Made by a program: the position numbers and the translations under genes
Assembly: GCA_910583945.1 (NCBI GenBank)
Contig: CAJTYF010000005.1
Span: forward strand, 1,402-65,401
Source of the DNA: an uncultured Bacilli bacterium
Lineage (GTDB): Bacteria > Bacillota_I > Bacilli_A > RF39 > UBA660
DNA length: 64,000 nucleotides
Direction: 5' to 3'
Shown: one piece after another, positions 29,414-36,362 of the stretch
How the letters are laid out: the number at the start of each line of letters is the position of its first letter
How positions within the stretch are numbered: the stretch's first letter is position 1
The notes under the pieces: generated by a model
Database searches by the model: none
The model's input: the letters and a program-made list of their open reading frames with translations, nothing else
What the model was told of the DNA's origin: nothing

Positions 29414-29506
29414 TGTTCTCTGGTGCGACTCAGTTTGCTAATATAGGCGGTTGGGGTGATTCCAATAACAACTGGAGCGCGACCAACGCGAATGGTGTTC
29501 GCCCCC
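29414..29506 (+). repeat. DGR template repeat copy 2 (TR2)
   Basis: Core 'aatataggcggttggggtgattccaataacaactggagcgcgaccaacgcgaat'. The most divergent copy. One codon shorter than VR/TR3. Ends in C5. Confidence 0.75.
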
Positions 29507-29691
29507 TGATTCGATATGTTCATAGATAGTAAGACTACGAGTCGATATGAAAATATGGAAGGAAATTTTATCCGTCCGAAAGGTAAAAATAAATTTTGAT
29601 GTTTTTCTAAATACGTTTAGGAACTGTTTACAAAATAATAAAATGGATTGTTATATTAGATAAATTATGGGTAAAATTTGTAATATTGCTT

Positions 29692-29787
29692 TGTCTCTGG
29701 TGCGACTAGGTTTGCTAATGTCAACAGTAACGGTGATTCCAACAACAACTGGAATGGCGCGTCCAACGCGAATGGTGTTCGCCCCCC
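29692..29787 (+). repeat. DGR template repeat copy 3 (TR3), best cognate of the local VR
   Basis: Same length as the VR. Core 'aatgtcaacagtaacggtgattccaacaacaactggaatggcgcgtccaacgcgaat'. By hand count, 10 of its 22 adenines are substituted in the VR. Ends in C6. Confidence 0.9.
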
Positions 29788-29955
29788 TGATTCGATATGT
29801 TCATAGATAGTAAGACTACGAGTCGATATGAAAATATGGAAGGAAATTTTATCCATCCGAAAGGTAAAAATAAATTTTGATGTTACTAGATACGTCTAAG
29901 GTAACTAAAGACAAAATTAACTTAATAAATTAAGAGTTTTAAGTAGAATAGATGG

Positions 29956-29998
29956 TGAATTAAGATTTCTTTTTCCACGCAAATGAAATCTTAATTCA
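29956..29998 (+). promoter_or_regulatory. perfect 14-bp inverted repeat (15-nt loop) between the last TR cassette and the RT start
   Basis: tgaattaagatttc (29956-29969) pairs with gaaatcttaattca (29985-29998). No T-run follows. Located 62 nt upstream of the RT ATG. Confidence 0.5.
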
Positions 29999-30060
29999 AC
30001 ACCTCATATCTTGACTTTGCCTCTTTTCTACTCAAAAGTTTTAATAAAAGGTGAAAGATT

Positions 30061-31248
30061 ATGAATAAAGAAATGAAAATTTTAAGTGATGCCAATCAAT
30101 TGATTGAAGCTTTTAATCAAACTAAAAAGGAAAGTATATGGAAAGAATCTGTACAAAATTATGAAGCCAATTTACTTCGAAATACTTACTTACTAAGAAC
30201 GAGTTTAAGAGATGGGACCTATAGACAAAGAGCCTTTTATGAGTTTACTTTAAATGAAAGAGGTAAAACAAGATATGTGAAATCTATGCATATTACTGAT
30301 CGAGTTGTTCAAAGGAGTTTATGTGATAATATTTTGATTCCTAGACTTCAAAATTATTTGATTTATGATAATGGAGCGAGTCTTAAAAATAAAGGGATTG
30401 ACTTTTCTAGAAAACGATTGGAGACACATTTGCATCGTTTTTATCGAAAAAATGGAAGTAATGAGGGCTATGTTTTACTAATTGATTATAGTAAATTTTT
30501 TGATAATATTCGACATGATAAATTGGCGGAGCTTTTAGAAAAGAAGATTGATTCTCCTGAATTTATGACATTTGTGAAGCAGCTTCTTAAGACCTTTTCT
30601 ATTGATGTGTCTTATTTATCTGATGAAGAATATAAAAACTGTCTAAATAAGCTCTATAATTCTTTGGAACATTCAAAAATTGACCGAAGTTTATTAGTTG
30701 GAGAAAAAATGATGGAAAAGTCAGTAGGAATTGGAAGTCAAATTTCTCAAATATGTGGTATTTATTATCCAACAAGAATTGATAATTATTGTAAAATTGT
30801 TAAGGGCATGAAATATTATGGAAGGTATATGGATGATGTTTACGTAATTCATAAGGATAAAGAGGTATTAAAACAATTATTAAAAGAAGTGGATGAATTA
30901 TCTAAAGAATTAGGATTGTTTATTAATCAGAAAAAAACACAAATTGTTAAATTAAGACATGGTTTTACTTTTTTTAAAATTAAATATAATTTAACAGAAA
31001 GTGGGAAAGTTTTAAAACGATTAGTACCAAAAACCATTACAAGAGAAAGACGGCGACTTAAAAAGTATAAAAAATTAATGGAAGAAGGGAAAATGAGTTA
31101 TAAAGATATCGAACTTGCTTATAAGTCTTGGCGAGGAAATGCTTTAAGGTATCATGCTTATACGAGTGTTAAAAATTTAGATGCTTTGTTTGACCAACTT
31201 TATGTAAAAGAATGGAAAGGAAAGAATGAAGATGAGCTTACTTTATGA
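30061..31248 (+). CDS. DGR-type reverse transcriptase
   Basis: RT motifs 'LLIDYSKFFDNI', 'SVGIGSQISQICGIYY' (the DGR-specific I/LGxxxSQ block), 'GRYMDDVYVIH' (YxDD) and 'GLFINQKKTQIV'. RBS 'aaaggtga' before the ATG. Confidence 0.95.
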   Translation: MNKEMKILSDANQLIEAFNQTKKESIWKESVQNYEANLLRNTYLLRTSLRDGTYRQRAFYEFTLNERGKTRYVKSMHITDRVVQRSLCDNILIPRLQNYLIYDNGASLKNKGIDFSRKRLETHLHRFYRKNGSNEGYVLLIDYSKFFDNIRHDKLAELLEKKIDSPEFMTFVKQLLKTFSIDVSYLSDEEYKNCLNKLYNSLEHSKIDRSLLVGEKMMEKSVGIGSQISQICGIYYPTRIDNYCKIVKGMKYYGRYMDDVYVIHKDKEVLKQLLKEVDELSKELGLFINQKKTQIVKLRHGFTFFKIKYNLTESGKVLKRLVPKTITRERRRLKKYKKLMEEGKMSYKDIELAYKSWRGNALRYHAYTSVKNLDALFDQLYVKEWKGKNEDELTL

Positions 31249-31591
31249 TCAATATCAAAATTTAAAAGAGAGAGATAAAGACACTTATTATTTGTTTCGA
31301 AGTGGGAATTTTTATATTTTTTTAGGAGAGGATGCAGATCGTATTAACCAGTTTATGGTTTTAAAACGAACACCTTTTTGTAAAGAAACTATAAAATGTG
31401 GTTTTCCAGTAAGAAGTTTAGAGGCCTATTTAAAAGTTTTTAAAAATCATGGTCTTACGATTCGAGTTATTGAAAAGGAGGAAAAAAAGAGTATTGAACC
31501 CATTCTTAAAGATTTAAAAAAGTTGGATATTGAGGCGATTACTCCAATTAAAGCTTTAAATATTTTGAAAGAAATTAAAGATTCGCTTTAA
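31226..31591 (+). CDS. stand-alone MutS domain I-like (mismatch-binding N-terminal domain) protein, DGR accessory candidate
   Basis: 'YDQYQNLKERDKDTYYLFRSGNFYIFLGEDADRINQFM...KCGFPVRSLEAYLKVFKNHGLTIRVIEK' aligns by eye with the MutS N-terminus ('[34 protein letters not shown]...[28 protein letters not shown]'). Overlaps the RT gene by 23 nt. Confidence 0.7.
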   Translation: MKMSLLYDQYQNLKERDKDTYYLFRSGNFYIFLGEDADRINQFMVLKRTPFCKETIKCGFPVRSLEAYLKVFKNHGLTIRVIEKEEKKSIEPILKDLKKLDIEAITPIKALNILKEIKDSL

Positions 31592-31610
31592 TTAAAGGGA
31601 AAGTTTTATA

Positions 31611-31638
31611 AAAAGGCTTGCTCGCAAGTCTTTTTTTT
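31611..31638 (+). terminator. rho-independent terminator closing the DGR operon
   Basis: aaaa-ggcttg-ctcg-caagtc-tttttttt: a 6-bp stem (one G-U pair), a 4-nt loop and a T8 run. Confidence 0.75.
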
Positions 31639-31765
31639 GCTAAAATACAAGTGGCTAAAAAATTAGCAAATAAACATGTGAAAGGGATTAAAGTTATCGA
31701 GTGCCGAAGAGGTGATAGGTTTAAGAAGATCTTTTACAGATGTATAACGAAGGGAGAAATGATTT

Positions 31766-32695
31766 ATGGCCGTTGTTTCTATGGGATATTTATTAGAAGC
31801 AGGAGTTCATTTTGGACATCAAACCAAAAGATGGAATCCAAAAATGAAGCAATATATTTTTGCAGCAAGAGATGAAATACATATTATTGATTTACAAAAA
31901 ACAGTAGAAAAATTAGAAGAGGCGTATGCCGAAGTTAAGTCTATTGCAGATAATGGAGGTACTTTCTTATTTGTAGGGACTAAAAAGCAAGCCAGTGAAG
32001 TATGTAGTGAAGAAGCGATTCGTAGTAATAGTTACTATGTTTGTGAAAGATGGCTTGGTGGAACTTTAACAAATTTTAGAACGATTAGAAGAAGAGTAAA
32101 ACGTCTTGAAGAAATTGAAGCAATGGAAACAAATGGTGTTTTCGAAGTTTTACCGAAAAAAGAAGTTATTGGTTTAAAGAAGGAATATGATAAATTAAAC
32201 CGTGTGTTATGTGGTATAAGAGAAATGAATAAATTACCACAAGCGATTATTATTGTGGATCCTAAAAAAGAAATTAATGCAATAAGAGAAGCTAGAAAAT
32301 TAAATATACCTGTTTTTGGTATAGTGGATACGAATTGTGATCCAGATGATGTTGACTATCCGATTCCAGCAAATGATGATGCAGTTCGAGCTGTAAAAGT
32401 CGTGATTGGTGTTTTAAACAATGCGATTTGTGAGTCAAGAGGACTTGAAATGGTTGATTATGTAACCGAAGATGATAAGAGCAAATCTGTGACTTCTATG
32501 CCAACTGATATATCTGTTAAACCTACTAAAGAAGAAAATGGAGAAAAAAAGGTTCGTAAAGAACAAGAAAATACTTCTAAAGAAAAAGATTATGAAAGTT
32601 TAAATTTATCTGAACTTAAAAATATAGCTCGTGAACAAGGTGTTAAGGGTTATTCTACAATGAAAAAAGAAGAAATTATTAGTCAATTAAAATAA
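31766..32695 (+). CDS. rpsB: 30S ribosomal protein S2 with a C-terminal Rho_N/SAP-like extension
   Basis: '[19 protein letters not shown]', 'FVGTKKQA', '[10 protein letters not shown]' and 'VDTNCDPD' are canonical S2. About 75 extra C-terminal residues end in '[31 protein letters not shown]'. Confidence 0.95.
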   Translation: MAVVSMGYLLEAGVHFGHQTKRWNPKMKQYIFAARDEIHIIDLQKTVEKLEEAYAEVKSIADNGGTFLFVGTKKQASEVCSEEAIRSNSYYVCERWLGGTLTNFRTIRRRVKRLEEIEAMETNGVFEVLPKKEVIGLKKEYDKLNRVLCGIREMNKLPQAIIIVDPKKEINAIREARKLNIPVFGIVDTNCDPDDVDYPIPANDDAVRAVKVVIGVLNNAICESRGLEMVDYVTEDDKSKSVTSMPTDISVKPTKEENGEKKVRKEQENTSKEKDYESLNLSELKNIAREQGVKGYSTMKKEEIISQLK

Positions 32696-32712
32696 AGAAA
32701 GGATAATTAAAT

Positions 32713-33591
32713 ATGGAAATTACAGCAAGTTTAGTAAGAGATTTACGTGAAGCAAGTGGCGCTGGAATGATGGATTGTAAAAAAGCGTTAAATGCTTGTG
32801 ATGGGGATTTAGATAAAGCCATGGATTATTTAAGAGAAAATGGTATTGCTAAAGCTGAAAAAAAGAGTGGTCGTATTGCCGCTGAAGGCCTTGCACAAGT
32901 TTTTGTTGAAGGAAATAAAGCCGTTATTTTAGAAGTAAATAGTGAAACGGATTTTGTGAGTAAAAATGAAGAGTTTACCGAAATGATTCAAACCATTGGT
33001 TCAACTGTATTAAAAAGTGATGTACAAGATTTAGAAAGTGCATTAAAAATTCAATTAGAGGAAGGTACAATTGAAGATTTAATCGTTAGTAAGACAGCGA
33101 AGATTGGTGAGAAACTTTCTTTAAGACGTTTAGAAGTTGTTACTAAAAATGAAAGTGAAGTTTTTGGTTCTTATCTTCATTTAGGAGGAAAAATAGCCGT
33201 GTTGACTGTTTTATCAGGAACGGATGAAGGTGTTGCTAAAGATGTAGCAATGCAAGCCGCAGCGATGAAGCCTGATTATGTTCAGATTAGTGATGTTCCA
33301 GAAGATGTCGTTGCTCGTGAAAGGGAAGTTTTAAAAGAACAATCTATGAATGAAGGAAAGCCCGCTGATATTGCTGAAAAGATGGTTGAAGGAAGATTAA
33401 AGAAATTTTATAAAGAAATTTGTTTGGTTGAACAAGCTTTTATTAAAGATGGAGATATAAGTGTTGGAGAATATGTTTCTAAACATAATTGTTCTATAAA
33501 TACCATGATTCGTTATGAAGTTGGCGAAGGTATGGAACATAGAAGTGATAACTTTGCTGAAGAAGTTATGAGTCAAGTAAAAGGAAATTAA
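32713..33591 (+). CDS. tsf: elongation factor Ts
   Basis: 'ITASLVRDLREASGAGMMDCKKAL', 'LRENGIAKAEKKSGRIAAEG' and 'SETDFVSKNEEF'. Confidence 0.95.
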   Translation: MEITASLVRDLREASGAGMMDCKKALNACDGDLDKAMDYLRENGIAKAEKKSGRIAAEGLAQVFVEGNKAVILEVNSETDFVSKNEEFTEMIQTIGSTVLKSDVQDLESALKIQLEEGTIEDLIVSKTAKIGEKLSLRRLEVVTKNESEVFGSYLHLGGKIAVLTVLSGTDEGVAKDVAMQAAAMKPDYVQISDVPEDVVAREREVLKEQSMNEGKPADIAEKMVEGRLKKFYKEICLVEQAFIKDGDISVGEYVSKHNCSINTMIRYEVGEGMEHRSDNFAEEVMSQVKGN

Positions 33592-33639
33592 GACGTTTAG
33601 TCTTTTTTTTCTTTTTTAGAGTTGGTATAATTGGGTTGA

Positions 33640-34224
33640 GTGATGGTTATGAAAAAAAAGAATGTTTTTAAGTTAATTTGTTTCCTTTTAATGATTTATT
33701 TATTTATAATTCTAGGTAAAAAAGATTATCATTTAGAGGTGAGTGATAATATTCGTTTTAGTAATGAATATAAAGATATTCATCGGAATAATGTTTATAA
33801 ATATGTGAATGATGGAGAAGTTTTAGATGTTTTAAATGGAAAATCTGGCGTTATTTTGAATTGTTTTTCTTCAAATATTTGGTGTCATTATTATGCGGAA
33901 TATTTAAATGAAGTGGCTTTAGAAAATCAACTTCAAGAAGTTTATTATTATGATTTTAAAAGAGATCGAAGTCTTAAAAATATGACTTACAATAGTATTG
34001 TTTCTAAATTGAATGATTACATTAGCTATGATGATAATGGCAAAGGCGATTTGTATGCTCCTAGCATTATGATTATTATTAATGGGCAAGTGAGTTACTT
34101 TTTAGATGAAGTGAAAACCATTAAAGGTAAGGTGAATCCAGAAGATTATTTTACGGATTATAAAAAGAATTTGTTAAAAAGTAATTTAGATGTGGCGATT
34201 AAAGAATATTTACAAAAAAAATAA
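33640..34224 (+). CDS. membrane-anchored thioredoxin-fold-like protein lacking the CxxC motif
   Basis: N-terminal TM helix. 'GVILNCFSSNIWCHYYAEYLNEVALEN' resembles the WCxxC region of thioredoxin-like bacteriocin-accessory proteins, but reads WCHYY. The start is ambiguous (33640-33649). Confidence 0.45.
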   Translation: MMVMKKKNVFKLICFLLMIYLFIILGKKDYHLEVSDNIRFSNEYKDIHRNNVYKYVNDGEVLDVLNGKSGVILNCFSSNIWCHYYAEYLNEVALENQLQEVYYYDFKRDRSLKNMTYNSIVSKLNDYISYDDNGKGDLYAPSIMIIINGQVSYFLDEVKTIKGKVNPEDYFTDYKKNLLKSNLDVAIKEYLQKK

Positions 34225-34258
34225 GATATTTTATAATAGAATGAGATAGGGAGAATGT

Positions 34259-34786
34259 ATGAATATAGAACAGAAAATGACTAAAGCGATTGAGTCTTTA
34301 GAAAGTAAATTAATTAATATTAGAGCTGGAAGAGCGAATCCAGCGATGTTAAATGGAATCATGGTGAATTATTACGGAAGCTTGTCACCTATTCAAAGCT
34401 TAGCTAATGTTACGGTGCCTGAGGCTAGACAATTAATGATTAAACCATTTGACAGGAGTACTTTAAAAGATATTGAAAGAGCCATTAATGAAGCTAATAT
34501 TGGTATTACACCAACAAATAATGGTGAAATTATTATATTAACGATACCTGAACTTACTGAAGAGAGAAGACGTGAATATGTAAAACAAGCAAAAGAAGTG
34601 TGTGAGGAAGCAAGAGTGGCTTTAAGAAATATAAGACAAGATGAGAATAATTCAATTAAAAATGGAGAATATACGGAAGACGAACAAAAAAGAATGTTAG
34701 ATGATGTACAAGAAACGATTAATAAATATAATAAAATTGTTGATGAAAAATTAAAAGAAAAAGAAACTGAGTTAATGACTGTTTAA
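34259..34786 (+). CDS. frr: ribosome recycling factor
   Basis: 'L..IRAGRANPAMLNGIMVNYYG...PIQSLANVTVPEARQLMIKPFD' and 'PELTEERRREYVK'. Confidence 0.95.
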   Translation: MNIEQKMTKAIESLESKLINIRAGRANPAMLNGIMVNYYGSLSPIQSLANVTVPEARQLMIKPFDRSTLKDIERAINEANIGITPTNNGEIIILTIPELTEERRREYVKQAKEVCEEARVALRNIRQDENNSIKNGEYTEDEQKRMLDDVQETINKYNKIVDEKLKEKETELMTV

Positions 34787-34799
34787 TTAAGAGGGAAAA

Positions 34800-35207
34800 A
34801 TGGAAGAAACTTTTGAATTTTTAAAAGTAAAAACACAAGTAAATTATGTGGCCACTATAAAAGCAGGGGGGGGACCTAATTTAAGGCCTTTTGGAGACCC
34901 TATATTGTTTGATAATAAAATTTATGTTTTAACCAATAAACAAAAAAATGTTTCCAAAGAAATTGAATTAAATAATCAGGTTTGTATCGTTGCTTATGAT
35001 GGAACAAACTGGATTCGAATATATTGTAAATTAATTGATGATAGTAATAATATAGAAGTAAAAAAGGCGATGATAAACGAATTTAATTGGATGGATGAGG
35101 CCGGTTATACTTTAGAAAATCCTGATTTTCAGGTTTTGTATTTAAATGAAGTGGATGCAAGAATTTGTGACTCAAATGGTATAGAACTTGCTTGTTATAA
35201 ATTTTGA
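34800..35207 (+). CDS. pyridoxamine 5'-phosphate oxidase-fold family protein
   Basis: 'FEFLK......YVATI.....NLRPFGDPILFDNKIYVLTNKQKNVSKEI..NNQVCIVAYDGTNWIRI' follows the small PNPOx-like (FMN-binding split barrel) family pattern. Confidence 0.7.
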   Translation: MEETFEFLKVKTQVNYVATIKAGGGPNLRPFGDPILFDNKIYVLTNKQKNVSKEIELNNQVCIVAYDGTNWIRIYCKLIDDSNNIEVKKAMINEFNWMDEAGYTLENPDFQVLYLNEVDARICDSNGIELACYKF

Positions 35208-35279
35208 CGTATTACGTCTTTTTTTTGTAAATAAATGTGAAATTGTTTAAAAATTGTGAATAGAAAGAGAGAGGATTTT

Positions 35280-35507
35280 ATGGCTAATTTAACAACCGCT
35301 ATCAGTGTTCAAATTGACAGTGAAGATAAAGAAAAAATAACCCCTATACTTCAAAAATTAGGTATTAGTATGAGTGGACTAATTAACATGACAATTAAAC
35401 AAGTAATAATGCGTGAAGCGGTTCCTTTTGCTCTTGAAATACCTAAAAAAGAAGATGATTTACTTAAATATTTTACTAAGGAAGAACTCGAAGAATTATT
35501 AGATTAG
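35280..35507 (+). CDS. RelB/DinJ-family antitoxin-like protein (no cognate toxin adjacent)
   Basis: 'ISVQIDSEDKEKITPILQKLGISMSGLINMTIKQVIMREAVPF' is the DinJ ribbon-helix-helix pattern. ATG at 35280 after a purine-rich RBS. Confidence 0.7.
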   Translation: MANLTTAISVQIDSEDKEKITPILQKLGISMSGLINMTIKQVIMREAVPFALEIPKKEDDLLKYFTKEELEELLD

Positions 35508-35565
35508 AGTTGTTTGAATTTTTAAAAATAACAATAAGAATAGTAGAAAAGTGAGGAATCTTAAT

Positions 35566-36084
35566 ATGAATATAAAATTGGTGAACCCGACATTACAATT
35601 AAAAGAAAAAGCTTTAGAGTACCGTCAAGAACATTTTAATTCTAATGAGTTTGTCATTAATGGAAGCGAAATGCTTGATAAAATGAAGTCCTATGAAGAG
35701 TGGTTAGAGAGAATTACGCGTAATAAAAAGGCTGAGACAGTAGATCCTAATTGGGTGGTTACCGATACTTTCTTTGCTCTACGGGAGAGTGATCAAAAAA
35801 TAATTGGAATGATTGATTTTCGTCATGAGTTAAAGGGAGTTTTAAAATATTTAGGTAACTGTGGCTATAGTGTGAGACCTAGTGAACGAAGAAAAGGATA
35901 TGCGACTGAAATGTTAAAATTATTGCTTCAATATGCTAAAAGTTGTGGTTATAAAAAGATATATTTATCCGTCGAAAAAGAAAATGCTCCTTCTCATCAA
36001 ACGATTTTAAAAAATGGAGGACAATTGGAAAAAAAACTTTTCTATGAAGGACAAGAAATTTATAGTTATAAAATCGAGTTATAA
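35566..36084 (+). CDS. GNAT-family N-acetyltransferase
   Basis: 'RRKGYATEMLKLLLQYAKSCGYKKIYLSVEKENAPSHQTILKNGG' is the acetyl-CoA binding motif A/B region. ATG at 35566. Confidence 0.8.
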   Translation: MNIKLVNPTLQLKEKALEYRQEHFNSNEFVINGSEMLDKMKSYEEWLERITRNKKAETVDPNWVVTDTFFALRESDQKIIGMIDFRHELKGVLKYLGNCGYSVRPSERRKGYATEMLKLLLQYAKSCGYKKIYLSVEKENAPSHQTILKNGGQLEKKLFYEGQEIYSYKIEL

Positions 36085-36167
36085 TTTGTTAAAAAATGTC
36101 GGCAATTTATTGATAAACTTTCATTTTGGTGCTATAATCTAGGTAGTTTTGTGAAAGGAGGGATTGT

Positions 36168-36350
36168 ATGACAAAAGTTGAGGTTAATGGTAACTTAGAA
36201 AAGGCTATGAAAACTTGGAAAGTAAAAGTAGCTAGAAGTGGTGTCCCTTCTGAACTTAAGAAAAAGAAACATTATGAGAAACCAGGAGTAAAAAGAAGAG
36301 AAGCTAAAAAAGAAATGATAAGAAATGCTAGAAAGCATAGAAGTTATTAA
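36168..36350 (+). CDS. rpsU: 30S ribosomal protein S21
   Basis: 60 aa. 'LEKAMKTWKVKVARSGVPSELKKKKHYEKPGVKRREAKKE' follows the S21 pattern. Confidence 0.9.
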   Translation: MTKVEVNGNLEKAMKTWKVKVARSGVPSELKKKKHYEKPGVKRREAKKEMIRNARKHRSY

Positions 36351-36362
36351 AAGGTGAGAATC

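Larger units (their letters stand above)
29111..29917 (+). repeat. three tandem ~280-bp units, each a TR plus a conserved ~98-nt downstream spacer block
   Basis: Units start at 29111, 29392 and 29669 ('gg[ag]taaa..'). The conserved 3' block 'ctgattcgatatgttcatagatagtaagactacgagtcgatatgaaaatatggaaggaaattttatcc[ag]tccgaaaggtaaaaataaattttgatgtt' occurs at 29227-29324, 29506-29603 and 29787-29884. Confidence 0.9.
27266..31638 (+). mobile_element. diversity-generating retroelement (DGR) cassette: target/VR - avd-like - 3 x TR cassettes - RT - MutS-domain-I ORF - terminator
   Basis: A VR/TR repeat pair with adenine-specific mismatches. RT with the DGR-type 'IGSQxSQ' and 'YMDD' motifs. A basic helical Avd-like ORF lies between target and TR. 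GC-rich repeat cores stand out in an AT-rich background. Confidence 0.9.

Noticed and set aside
28984-29856. Minus-strand ORFs from the track (28984-29244, 86 aa; 29665-29856, 63 aa) that overlie the repeat units
   Set aside because: They are antisense read-throughs of the TR cassettes, since the same sequence is repeated three times. They have no RBS and are better explained as non-coding DGR template DNA.
29111-29917. Repeat array considered as a CRISPR array
   Set aside because: The units are about 280 bp with no short repeat/spacer periodicity, and there are no cas genes. The repeat core matches the 3' end of an upstream ORF with an A-specific mismatch pattern, which is the DGR signature.
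31618-31875. 85-aa ORF overlapping the DGR terminator and the rpsB start
   Set aside because: It begins inside the terminator hairpin and overlaps the well-supported rpsB frame. No family recognised.
35566-36084. GNAT considered as a TacT/AtaT-like toxin partner of the DinJ-like antitoxin
   Set aside because: A 58-nt gap with its own RBS, and an N-terminal region typical of ordinary acetyltransferases. It is kept only as a low-interest finding.
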